42,917 nt of DNA, from the IMG/VR virus record IMGVR_UViG_2718218102_000002. The stretch is one strand, 5' to 3'. How positions within the stretch are numbered: position 1 is the first letter of the stretch; each line of letters starts with the position of its first letter. The notes under the pieces were generated by a model. It was not told the DNA's origin. It ran no database searches and saw only the letters and a list, made by a program, of their open reading frames with translations. Origin of the DNA: a virus. Taxonomy: Duplodnaviria > Heunggongvirae > Uroviricota > Caudoviricetes. Below are positions 33,540 through 41,785 of this stretch, one piece after another. The position numbers and the translations under genes were made by a program.

Positions 33540-34465
33540 AGCTCCACCCCGTAAATCCAGTCAGTGTTTGTCAGGTCGAGTTTTGGTTTGCTGGCAGTCA
33601 CACCAGCCTGTTGCTTGTTGCGGTTAATTTCGAGCTGAGTCCACTTGTCGCGGAGTTTTGCTGGACTCAGCACGTTACCGGACCAGAAGTTGTCCTGGCA
33701 GGCCCAGCGGAACAGAACGCACATGTCGCGATGGTTACGCCCGTCACGCTCACGCATCAGGCGGATGTCGTTGGCCCACCCTGCAAAATTCGGTTTTCTG
33801 GCTGATGGCGCGATGGTCTTCACCATGTCAAACATCCACTCTGCGGCGGTCAGGTCTTCTGCTGTCCCCCACTTGCTGCCGCTCTGAATTGCAGCATCCG
33901 GTTTCACCACAGGAAGATCGTTTTCTGGCTGGTCAGAGGATTCGCCAGAATTCTCGGACGAAAAAGGTTTTATATTGTCTTTTGTTAGTTTGTCTTTTGT
34001 GTTTACCTGATTCGGGTAAACGTCTTTACCTGATTTGGGTAAACTTTTCTTACCTGATTCAGGTAAATTTACCTCTTTCAGGTAAACTTTATTTTTCTTA
34101 CCTGATTCGGGTAATGTTGACCATTCACTGACCACATTATTAATGCCGATATTCCGCCCGCTCTGAATAAAAATCCCACGCTTTACCAGAACACTTTTTG
34201 CAGCAGAACACTTGTGCGGCAATATCCCGGTCAACTCGGAAAGTTGCTCGTTGCTCACCCAATCCAGTTTTTTATTAAAGCCATATGTTTTGCGCATGAC
34301 AGCCAGGAAGACCAGAAGCTGGTGCTGTGTTAATCCGGCCAGCATCACAGCTTCCAGCAACTCATTTGCAATGCGCGTATAACCATCATCGAGATCTGCC
34401 ACGCGCGGCTCCTTTTGTGCCACATCCGGCACTGGAAAATTGAATATCTCAGCAGTGTTTGCCAT
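33536..34465 (-). CDS. O: Replication initiator O
   Basis: Start set at MANTAEIFNF (GGGAGG Shine-Dalgarno). N-terminal domain resembles lambda O (VADLDDGY, RKTYG-N); the gene contains the iteron array. Confidence 0.85.
   Translation of the reverse strand: MANTAEIFNFPVPDVAQKEPRVADLDDGYTRIANELLEAVMLAGLTQHQLLVFLAVMRKTYGFNKKLDWVSNEQLSELTGILPHKCSAAKSVLVKRGIFIQSGRNIGINNVVSEWSTLPESGKKNKVYLKEVNLPESGKKSLPKSGKDVYPNQVNTKDKLTKDNIKPFSSENSGESSDQPENDLPVVKPDAAIQSGSKWGTAEDLTAAEWMFDMVKTIAPSARKPNFAGWANDIRLMRERDGRNHRDMCVLFRWACQDNFWSGNVLSPAKLRDKWTQLEINRNKQQAGVTASKPKLDLTNTDWIYGVEL
34002..34115. repeat. ori: Origin of replication: five ~18-19-bp palindromic iterons (TTTACCTGATTCGGGTAAA-like) inside O, next to an AT-rich stretch (33961-34000)
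   Basis: Iterons at 34002-34020, 34025-34043, 34050-34067, 34068-34086 and 34098-34115. Confidence 0.75.
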
Positions 34466-34551
34466 AATTCCTCCCGCAATGAGTGTGTTACGATTTGCAC
34501 CTGAAAGTCGGTTCTGTTCGCGCAGACCGGCTTTCGCCATTTCTGAACCTG

Positions 34552-35097
34552 TCATATTGCCCCCAGCATGGTGGTGACCATCGCCATCAATGGACCAGCC
34601 AGATCCGGGTCCACACGAAACATCGACACAATGCCTTCACTCATCTCCTTCAGTTTCTGGTGGCGTGGTGCGTTGAGAATGACAGCCTGTTTTGCCTCAC
34701 TGAGTTCCTTTTCCATTTCAGCCAGCCGAGCCATGTAGCTATCCTGCTCAACCAGGTGGCCGCGATATTCCAGCGGTAGTACCGCCAGAATTGCCGGGGT
34801 CAGTTCACGCACGTTATTTCGGTATTTTTCAGAATCGAATTTGTTATCGAGAAAGCGGAACAGCTTCTGGCGTGCACGGCTGACATCATCAGGGAAATCG
34901 ATGGTGCCGCCGCCCTGCTCCCGATACTCATTCACAATGAGTGCGGCAACAACATCCTGATTATCTGCAGCCGACCAGGCGCGAACGGCATCACGGATTT
35001 TTTCGTGGCCTGGCGCCTGTTTTGTTTGAGAACGATTTATCACCGCAGTCGGGCTAAATCCGCTAGTCTGTTGGTATGTAAGTGGTTGCATAGTCAT
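34552..35097 (-). CDS. Hypothetical regulator in the cII position (CII-like or YdaT-like); function uncertain
   Basis: 181-aa ORF between cro and O; no family confidently recognised by eye. Confidence 0.4.
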   Translation of the reverse strand: MTMQPLTYQQTSGFSPTAVINRSQTKQAPGHEKIRDAVRAWSAADNQDVVAALIVNEYREQGGGTIDFPDDVSRARQKLFRFLDNKFDSEKYRNNVRELTPAILAVLPLEYRGHLVEQDSYMARLAEMEKELSEAKQAVILNAPRHQKLKEMSEGIVSMFRVDPDLAGPLMAMVTTMLGAI

Positions 35098-35121
35098 TGC
35101 CTTATCAGTTAACGCCGCAGT

Positions 35122-35349
35122 TTAGGCGGCAGAATTACTCGCGTTAAACAATGGTGCGAGGTCGGGACGAATATCTGCTGGTTTAATCTTTCCACCAGTG
35201 GCTGAGACAATTTTCATTACATAGCGGGCATCAATTCCGCCACCGTGTAGCCAACGCCAAACTGTGGGTTGGGCTACACCGCATAGATCTGCCAGTCGTT
35301 TTTGACTACCTGTAATACTGATTGCGAGTTGAATGGTTTGATTTGTCAT
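35122..35349 (-). CDS. cro: Cro-like HTH repressor
   Basis: 75 aa from the ATG at 35349 (track start is a TTG). HTH motif QKRLADLCGVAQPTVWRW; divergent from cI across the operator region. Confidence 0.7.
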   Translation of the reverse strand: MTNQTIQLAISITGSQKRLADLCGVAQPTVWRWLHGGGIDARYVMKIVSATGGKIKPADIRPDLAPLFNASNSAA

Positions 35350-35459
35350 TATCAATTCCTATTGGTATTGCAATGAATAAATAATAGCAATGCGTATTAA
35401 TCCAAGCAATAGCAAAACGTGTTTTGACCATCAATACGCAAGCGTATAAATTAAAACTT
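35350..35459. promoter_or_regulatory. Right operator/promoter region (oR with divergent pR and pRM-like promoters)
   Basis: Three ATAGCAAT/ACCAATAG-type sites spaced about 22-23 bp apart (35359-35375, 35381-35398, 35404-35418). Plus strand: TTGACC (35424-35429) and TATAAA (35445-35450) just before the cI ATG. Minus strand: TTGCTT-17nt-TATTAT upstream of cro. Confidence 0.5.
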
Positions 35460-36152
35460 ATGAAAAAAGAAACTCTTGCTGATCGCTTAAACCTAGCGAT
35501 GGAACAATCTGGAATGTCTCAAGGCGCTCTTGCAAAGGCGTCTGGCGTAGCTCAACCCACAATCTGGAGACTGACAAGCGGCAACGCGCGCGGCTCAACA
35601 AAAATTGTTGAAATAGCTAATGCATTGGGTGTTCGAACAGAATGGCTCTCATCAGGCATAGGCCCGATGAGAAATGACGGTCAACAATCAGGGAAGCCTG
35701 CTGTCAGCTATTCCAAATACTTTAAAATTGACGTTCTTGATATAGAAGTGAGTGCCGGGCCGGGAGTCATCAACCGTGAGTTTGTAGAAGTTCTACGCTC
35801 GGTTGAGTACTCGTTTGACGATGCTCGTCACATGTTCGATGGTAGGAAGGCAGAAAATATCCGCATCATTAACGTACGCGGTGACAGCATGTCAGGAACG
35901 ATTGAACCTGGTGATCTTCTATTCGTTGATATCACGGTTAAATCTTTCGACGGTGATGGTATCTATGCGTTTCTGTACGACGACACAGCCCATGTAAAGC
36001 GCCTGCAAATGATGAAGGATAAGCTGCTGGTTATCTCTGATAACAAAAGCTACTCACCGTGGGACCCGATCGAGAAAGATGAGATGAACCGGGTATTTAT
36101 CTTCGGGAAAGTTATTGGGAGCATGCCGCAGACGTATAGGAAGCATGGATAG
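35460..36152 (+). CDS. cI: CI-type repressor (N-terminal HTH plus C-terminal S24 LexA-like autopeptidase)
   Basis: HTH motif QGALAKASGVAQPTIWRL; GDSM and a downstream Lys (HVKRL) typical of the S24 Ser-Lys dyad. The ATG at 35460 is preferred over the track TTG at 35424. Confidence 0.85.
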   Translation: MKKETLADRLNLAMEQSGMSQGALAKASGVAQPTIWRLTSGNARGSTKIVEIANALGVRTEWLSSGIGPMRNDGQQSGKPAVSYSKYFKIDVLDIEVSAGPGVINREFVEVLRSVEYSFDDARHMFDGRKAENIRIINVRGDSMSGTIEPGDLLFVDITVKSFDGDGIYAFLYDDTAHVKRLQMMKDKLLVISDNKSYSPWDPIEKDEMNRVFIFGKVIGSMPQTYRKHG

Positions 36153-36232
36153 TACCAATTAAAAATTATCAACCGGGCATTGTGCTCATTCAGTAAAACA
36201 ACTTAATTATTCATTTTAGAATGGAGAACTTA

Positions 36233-37294
36233 ATGGATACTTTAAAATATGAGAAATTCTCTGATTTTGATCACAATGACCCATTTTTTGACTCTTTAAA
36301 AAAAGATTATAAAGAGTTTCCTCTTTGGTTAGAAAAAAAAGCCAGAGAAGGAGAATCAGCTTATGTGCTCTATGATGACAAGCATAAAATCGAAGGTTTT
36401 ATGTATCTAAAAGAAAATGATGATGCAAATGACATTAATCCAGCGCTCCCACCAGGACGTCATCTAAAGATAGGAACATTCAAATTTGAATCTAAAGGCA
36501 CCCTTCGCGGACAACGATTTCTAAAAAAAGCGTTTGACCATGCATTTTCATCAAAATCTGATGATATTTATGTTACTGTTTTCGACAAACACGTCCATCT
36601 AATAAAACTTTTCCAAACGTACGGATTTTACATTCATGGTGAAAAAGAAACACATAACGGGAAAGAGTTTGTATATGCGAGGTCTTTGCATGAGCCTTAT
36701 GGTGATATTTTATTAGATTACCCTCGAATAATGACATCAAGGGCCAACAAATATTTACTGGCGATTTATCCCGAATATCACACTAGACTATTCCCTGATT
36801 CAAAACTTGTAAATGAATCACCAGATATTGTCAAAGATATATCCCATGCTAACAGCATTCATAAAATTTACATATGTGGAATGCGTTCTGTGATGGGAAT
36901 GAAAAGAGGAGATATCATTGTCATCTATAGAACCGGAGACAAAAAAGGGCCAGCTCGCTATCGTTCTGTAGCCAGTACATTATGTGTAGTTGAGAGCGTA
37001 AAAAATATTTCTGAATTTTTAAGCGAAGATAGTTTTGTAGACTATTGTATTCGTTTTAGCGTATTTTCTGAAGATGAACTCAGAAAAATCTATAAAGAAC
37101 GTCGATACCCTTTCATTATAAGATTCACATACAATCTGTCTTTGCCAAAGAGACCCAATCGTGCTATTTTAATAGATCATGTGGGGCTAAATGGTTCGCG
37201 TGCATTCCGATGGAGTCACTTTAAACTCACAAATGAGCAGTTCTTAAAGATCATCGAGTTAGGCAAGATAAATGAAAGTTTTATTATCCATTAA
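36233..37294 (+). CDS. Hypothetical two-domain protein: possible GNAT-like N-terminal half and ASCH/PUA-like C-terminal half
   Basis: 353 aa from the second ATG (GGAG Shine-Dalgarno). N-terminal segment LRGQRFLKKAF…IYVTVFD…LFQTYGFYIHG loosely resembles GNAT motifs A/B. Domain calls are by eye and tentative. Confidence 0.55.
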   Translation: MDTLKYEKFSDFDHNDPFFDSLKKDYKEFPLWLEKKAREGESAYVLYDDKHKIEGFMYLKENDDANDINPALPPGRHLKIGTFKFESKGTLRGQRFLKKAFDHAFSSKSDDIYVTVFDKHVHLIKLFQTYGFYIHGEKETHNGKEFVYARSLHEPYGDILLDYPRIMTSRANKYLLAIYPEYHTRLFPDSKLVNESPDIVKDISHANSIHKIYICGMRSVMGMKRGDIIVIYRTGDKKGPARYRSVASTLCVVESVKNISEFLSEDSFVDYCIRFSVFSEDELRKIYKERRYPFIIRFTYNLSLPKRPNRAILIDHVGLNGSRAFRWSHFKLTNEQFLKIIELGKINESFIIH

Positions 37295-37649
37295 GCCTGA
37301 GTTTGCAGAAAAAATATTGAACGGAACAAAGCGGTTCGAGTTTCGTAAAGGTATATTCAAAAATCCGCAAATTAGCACCGTTGTTATTTATGCCACGATG
37401 CCATTAGGTAAAGTTGTTGGTCAATTCCGTATTGAATCAATACTAAGTGACGAACCGGAATCTCTTTGGAAAAAGACGGAAAAGCACGCAGGTATTTCTA
37501 AGCAATTTTATGACTCATATTATTCAGGTAGAGAAAAGGCCTACGCAATAAAAATTGGTGAAGTGGAAAGATATAAAGAACCAATTCCTATCTCTGCTCT
37601 AGGTAGTAATATTAAGCCACCACAATCATATCTTTACCTACCTGCGTAA
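37272..37649 (+). CDS. ASCH-domain protein (PUA-like fold)
   Basis: 125 aa; N-terminus MKVLLSIKPEFAEKILNGTKRFEFRK is typical of ASCH proteins. Overlaps the upstream gene by 23 nt. Confidence 0.65.
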   Translation: MKVLLSIKPEFAEKILNGTKRFEFRKGIFKNPQISTVVIYATMPLGKVVGQFRIESILSDEPESLWKKTEKHAGISKQFYDSYYSGREKAYAIKIGEVERYKEPIPISALGSNIKPPQSYLYLPA

Positions 37650-37653
37650 GAAT

Positions 37654-37680
37654 CCCGGCCACCGTGCCGGGTTTTCTTTT
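37654..37680 (+). terminator. Intrinsic terminator closing the cI operon
   Basis: cccggc-caccgt-gccggg followed by ttttctttt, 5 nt after the ASCH gene stop. Confidence 0.65.
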
Positions 37681-37764
37681 GTCCCCTCATCACACAAACC
37701 GTTCGAAAAACCACCACATCCTCCCTTCAGTTATCGCTATGCGATGCAAGTCACAAAATTAATT

Positions 37765-37870
37765 CTTTTTGCTATCAAACATTTAATATCAAAACACATC
37801 AACCAATAGCAATAAGTATTGATATCACCAATAGCAATAGCTATTATCACCATATCGCAACAACACAACG
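37765..37870. promoter_or_regulatory. Putative left operator region (oL) with repeated CCAATAGCAAT motifs
   Basis: CCAATAGCAAT at 37803-37813 and 37829-37839, plus ATAGC-related sequence at 37769-37781; same motif family as the oR sites. Confidence 0.4.
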
Positions 37871-37920
37871 ATACGGCAACCACCTGATTCACCGTTGCGA
37901 TGACCGCTTAGATCCGCAGT

Positions 37921-38331
37921 TTGAATTTCAGCAGGCTTCGGGGAGTGCGAGGGGTGAAACGGACGCGTGAACGTCGGTGTGACCAGCTGAAATTAACTCA
38001 ACATTTCATACCTCAGTCGCTTCAACGAGGCGGTTTAGTTATGACAACCGGCGGCCATCCACCGCCTGAATACGCGCAGAAGTCTCTATATGTTCAGCAG
38101 CCCAGCTTACGGGCAGGAGTTTTTATGGTTCATCAACATTACGGAACACAGACCGTTAATCGCGGTGCGGTCATGCCAGGAATGCTGGTCAAACACAAAG
38201 ATGGTACCTGGACTGCATCAGCTAATTTACGCGGACGGCTTTATCTGCATCGCGGCATCGAGCGCACTTATACCCGTGACTTGCTCGTGGAAGTTTTTCT
38301 CGACGGACGCGGCAACGGCCTGAATCACTAA
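37921..38331 (+). CDS. Hypothetical protein in the N position; Arg-rich N-terminal stretch; start codon uncertain
   Basis: Track ORF starts with TTG; internal ATGs at 38041 (MTTGG…) and 38128 (MVHQH…, AGGAG Shine-Dalgarno). The stretch [10 protein letters not shown] loosely resembles an N-type arginine-rich motif. Higher GC than neighbours. Confidence 0.3.
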   Translation: MNFSRLRGVRGVKRTRERRCDQLKLTQHFIPQSLQRGGLVMTTGGHPPPEYAQKSLYVQQPSLRAGVFMVHQHYGTQTVNRGAVMPGMLVKHKDGTWTASANLRGRLYLHRGIERTYTRDLLVEVFLDGRGNGLNH

Positions 38332-38405
38332 CCCCCTTTCCTGTTTTCCTAATCAGCCTGGCATTTCGCGGGCGATATTTTCACAGCTATTTCAGGAGTT
38401 CAGCC

Positions 38406-38702
38406 ATGAACGCTTATTACATTCAGGATCGTCTTGAGGCTCAGAGCTGGGTGCGTCACTACCAGCAGATCGCCCGTGAAGAGAAAGAGGCAGAACTGGC
38501 AGACGACATGGAAAAAGGCCTGCCCCAGCACCTGTTTGAATCGCTATGCATCGATCATTTGCAACGCCACGGGGCCAGCAAAAAAGCCATTACCCGTGCG
38601 TTTGATGACGATGTTGAGTTTCAGGAGCGCATGGCAGAACACATCCGGTACATGGTTGAAACCATTGCTCACCATCAGGTTGATATTGATTCAGAGGTAT
38701 AA
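38406..38702 (+). CDS. gam: Gam (RecBCD inhibitor), short form
   Basis: 98 aa, starting [15 protein letters not shown], matching lambda Gam as recalled. Confidence 0.9.
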   Translation: MNAYYIQDRLEAQSWVRHYQQIAREEKEAELADDMEKGLPQHLFESLCIDHLQRHGASKKAITRAFDDDVEFQERMAEHIRYMVETIAHHQVDIDSEV

Positions 38703-38707
38703 AACGG

Positions 38708-39493
38708 ATGAGTACAGCACTCGCAACGCTGGCAGGGAAGCTGGCTGAACGTGTCGGCATGGATTCTGTCGACCCACAGGAACTGATCACCACTCTTCGC
38801 CAGACAGCATTTAAAGGTGATGCCAGCGATGCGCAGTTCATCGCATTGTTGATCGTCGCCAACCAGTACGGCCTTAATCCGTGGACGAAAGAAATTTACG
38901 CCTTCCCTGATAAGCAGAACGGCATCGTTCCGGTGGTGGGCGTTGATGGCTGGTCCCGCATCATCAATGAAAACCAGCAGTTTGATGGCATGGACTTTGA
39001 GCAGGACAATGAATCCTGTACATGCCGGATTTACCGCAAGGACCGTAATCATCCGATCTGCGTTACCGAATGGATGGATGAATGCCGCCGCGAACCATTC
39101 AAAACTCGCGAAGGCAGAGAAATCACGGGGCCGTGGCAGTCGCATCCCAAACGGATGTTACGGCATAAAGCCATGATTCAGTGTGCCCGTCTGGCCTTCG
39201 GATTTGCTGGTATCTATGACAAGGATGAAGCCGAGCGCATTGTCGAAAATACTGCATACACTGCAGAACGTCAGCCAGAACGCGACATCACTCCGGTTAA
39301 CGATGAAACCATGCAGGAGATTAACACTCTGCTGATCGCCCTGGATAAAACATGGGATGACGACTTATTGCCGCTCTGTTCCCAGATATTTCGCCGCGAC
39401 ATTCGCGCATCGTCAGAACTGACACAGGCCGAAGCAGTGAAAGCTCTTGGATTCCTGAAACAGAAAGCCACTGAGCAGAAGGTGGCAGCATGA
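38708..39493 (+). CDS. bet: Bet (Red-beta single-strand annealing protein)
   Basis: 261 aa, starting [21 protein letters not shown], essentially lambda Bet as recalled. Confidence 0.95.
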   Translation: MSTALATLAGKLAERVGMDSVDPQELITTLRQTAFKGDASDAQFIALLIVANQYGLNPWTKEIYAFPDKQNGIVPVVGVDGWSRIINENQQFDGMDFEQDNESCTCRIYRKDRNHPICVTEWMDECRREPFKTREGREITGPWQSHPKRMLRHKAMIQCARLAFGFAGIYDKDEAERIVENTAYTAERQPERDITPVNDETMQEINTLLIALDKTWDDDLLPLCSQIFRRDIRASSELTQAEAVKALGFLKQKATEQKVAA

Positions 39494-40170
39494 CACCGGA
39501 CATTATCCTGCAGCGTACCGGGATCGACGTGAGAGCTGTCGAACAGGGGGATGATGCATGGCACAAATTACGGCTCGGCGTCATCACCGCTTCAGAAGTT
39601 CACAACGTGATAGCAAAGCCCCGCTCAGGAAAGAAGTGGCCTGACATGAAAATGTCCTACTTCCACACCCTGCTGGCTGAGGTTTGCACCGGTGTGGCTC
39701 CGGAAGTTAATGCTAAGGCGCTGGCCTGGGGAAAACAGTACGAGAACGACGCCAGAACCCTGTTTGAATTCACTTCCGGCGTGAATGTTACTGAATCCCC
39801 GATCATCTATCGCGACGAAAGTATGCGCACCGCCTGCTCTCCCGATGGTTTATGCAGTGACGGCAACGGCCTTGAACTGAAATGCCCGTTTACCTCCCGG
39901 GATTTCATGAAGTTCCGGCTCGGTGGTTTCGAGGCCATAAAATCGGCTTACATGGCCCAGGTGCAGTACAGCATGTGGGTGACGCGAAAAGATGCCTGGT
40001 ACTTTGCCAACTATGACCCGCGTATGAAGCGTGAAGGCCTGCATTATGTCGTGATTGAGCGGAATGAAAAGTACATGGCGAATTTTGACGAGATGGTGCC
40101 GGAGTTCATCGAAAAAATGGACGTGGCACTGGCTGAAATTGGTTTTGTATTTGGGGAGCAATGGCGATGA
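39490..40170 (+). CDS. exo: Exo (Red-alpha 5'-3' exonuclease)
   Basis: 226 aa, starting [30 protein letters not shown], essentially lambda Exo as recalled; ATGA overlap with bet. Confidence 0.95.
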   Translation: MTPDIILQRTGIDVRAVEQGDDAWHKLRLGVITASEVHNVIAKPRSGKKWPDMKMSYFHTLLAEVCTGVAPEVNAKALAWGKQYENDARTLFEFTSGVNVTESPIIYRDESMRTACSPDGLCSDGNGLELKCPFTSRDFMKFRLGGFEAIKSAYMAQVQYSMWVTRKDAWYFANYDPRMKREGLHYVVIERNEKYMANFDEMVPEFIEKMDVALAEIGFVFGEQWR

Positions 40171-40349
40171 AGCATCCTCACGATAATATCCGGGTAGGCG
40201 CGATCACTTTCGTCTACTCCGTTACAAAGCGAGGCTGGGTATTTCCCGGCCTTTCTGTTATCCAAAATCCACTGAAAGCCCAGCGGCTGGCTGAGGAGAT
40301 AAATAATAAACGAGGGGCTGTATGCACAAAGCATCTCCCGTTGAGTTAA
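40167..40349 (+). CDS. Hypothetical small protein (lambda orf60a position)
   Basis: 60-aa ORF from MKHPHD, with ATGA overlap to the exo stop. Confidence 0.45.
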   Translation: MKHPHDNIRVGAITFVYSVTKRGWVFPGLSVIQNPLKAQRLAEEINNKRGAVCTKHLPLS

Positions 40350-40513
40350 GAACGAGTATCGAGATGGCACATAGCCTCGCTCAAATTGGAGTCAGGTTTG
40401 TGCCAATACCAGTAGAAACAGACGAAGAATTTCATACGTTAGCCACATCCCTTTCACAAAAGCTGGAAATGATGGTGGCGAAAGCAGAAGCAGATGAGAG
40501 AGACCAGGTATGA
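40322..40513 (+). CDS. Hypothetical small protein
   Basis: 63-aa ORF with a GAGGGG Shine-Dalgarno. Confidence 0.45.
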   Translation: MHKASPVELRTSIEMAHSLAQIGVRFVPIPVETDEEFHTLATSLSQKLEMMVAKAEADERDQV

Positions 40514-40593
40514 CAACCACTGAATGCATTTTTCTGGCAGCGGGCTTCATATTCTGTGTGCTTATGCTTGCCGACATGGGACTTGTTCAATGA
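40510..40593 (+). CDS. Hypothetical 27-aa hydrophobic peptide (below the track length cutoff)
   Basis: MTTTECIFLAAGFIFCVLMLADMGLVQ; ATGA overlaps with the genes on both sides. Confidence 0.3.
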   Translation: MTTTECIFLAAGFIFCVLMLADMGLVQ

Positions 40594-40805
40594 CACCTCA
40601 GCAAGAAAACGCCCTTCGCAGTATTGCCCGTCAGGCTAATTATGAAATCAAAAAAGCCAGACAGCAGTTTCCGGATAAAAACGTCGATGACATTTGCCGT
40701 AGCGTACTGAAGAAGCACCGCGAAACGGTAACGCTGATGGGATTCACACCGACTCATTTAAGCCTGGCGATCGGCATGTTAAACGGCGTCTTTAAGGAAC
40801 GGTGA
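40590..40805 (+). CDS. Hypothetical small protein
   Basis: 71 aa from MTPQQENALR (internal start of track ORF 40524-40805), chosen for its ATGA coupling to the upstream peptide. Confidence 0.4.
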   Translation: MTPQQENALRSIARQANYEIKKARQQFPDKNVDDICRSVLKKHRETVTLMGFTPTHLSLAIGMLNGVFKER

Positions 40806-40903
40806 ACATGAAAAACAAAATCATCATGGAGCTACAGGCTCCTTTTTTATTATTCGCATTCACCCTCAAGCGTATTAACCAACAATTCAGGGATTAATGA
40901 AAG

Positions 40904-41122
40904 ATGGCAGACATCATTGATTCAGCATCAGAAATTGAAGAATTACAGCGCAACACAGCAATAAAAATGCGCCGCCTGAACCACCAGGCTATATCTGCCA
41001 CTCATTGTTGTGAGTGTGGCGATCCGATAGATGAACGAAGACGCCTGGCCGTTCAGGGTTGTCGGACTTGTGCAAGTTGCCAGGAGGAGATCGAACTTAA
41101 GAACAAACAATGGGGACTGTGA
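40904..41122 (+). CDS. C4-type zinc-finger protein (TraR/DksA-like)
   Basis: 72 aa with CCECGDPIDERRR…CRTCASC. Confidence 0.6.
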   Translation: MADIIDSASEIEELQRNTAIKMRRLNHQAISATHCCECGDPIDERRRLAVQGCRTCASCQEEIELKNKQWGL

Positions 41123-41169
41123 TGGCCTCAAAGCAGCAAATTTCAACATCGTCCAACTGAGGTGTAAAA

Positions 41170-41409
41170 ATGTTCAGAATCATTTTTCCTAACACCTGGT
41201 ACGTCGACCACCACGGCACTCCCTGCAAAATCCTGCGTTCTACCCACAACAAAGTTCACTACATCCGAAAAGGCAGAACATGTATCGCCAGCATGTTCCG
41301 CTTTAATCATGACTTTGAACCTGTGAATAAAGCTGATGCAGATCGGATAGCAGAAGAGATCGAAACGGCAGAACACATTAAGAAGTTACGTGCCATACGC
41401 AGGAAATAG
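41170..41409 (+). CDS. Hypothetical protein
   Basis: 79-aa ORF with a GAGGTG Shine-Dalgarno. Confidence 0.45.
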   Translation: MFRIIFPNTWYVDHHGTPCKILRSTHNKVHYIRKGRTCIASMFRFNHDFEPVNKADADRIAEEIETAEHIKKLRAIRRK

Positions 41410-41548
41410 AAAAATTGATAAATTCAATACTGCATTTCTCAGCATTAAATTTATCTCTATGACCAGTCAAGAGATGTACCTGCCATGAGCTTAATATCAT
41501 GTCAGATATATCGGTCACAAACTCCCTCAGCAGCTAAGAGGAGGACAA

Positions 41549-41785
41549 ATGTCTCGACTAATCACTTTACAGGACTGGGCTAAAGAAGAATTTGGGGACT
41601 TAGCACCAAGTGAGCGAGTTCTGAAAAAATACGCGCAAGGGAAAATGATGGCCCCACCCGCTATAAAAGTTGGTCGCTACTGGATGATTGACCGAAATTC
41701 CCGTTTTGTAGGAACGCTTGCAGAACCGCAACTCCCAATAAACGCAAACCCAAAACTCCAACGGATAATCGCTGATGGCTGCTAG
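41549..41785 (+). CDS. xis: Excisionase (Xis-like)
   Basis: 78 aa, starting MSRLITLQDW with …PPAIKVGRYW, resembling lambda Xis as recalled. AGGAGG Shine-Dalgarno; 3' end overlaps int. Confidence 0.7.
   Translation: MSRLITLQDWAKEEFGDLAPSERVLKKYAQGKMMAPPAIKVGRYWMIDRNSRFVGTLAEPQLPINANPKLQRIIADGC

Noticed and set aside
35101-35125. Short hairpin (gccgc…gcggc) at the cro / cII-position junction, a possible tR1 analogue
   Set aside because: Only a 5-bp stem with a long loop and no U-tract; too weak to call.
38280-38405. In-frame upstream extension of gam (long Gam form)
   Set aside because: The frame is open upstream and conserved (…[10 protein letters not shown]…), but it contains no ATG. Only the short 98-aa form is annotated.
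38434-39145. ORFs 38434-38748 (plus), 38590-38862 (minus), 38675-39145 (minus)
   Set aside because: Alternative-frame and antisense shadows of the well-supported gam and bet genes.
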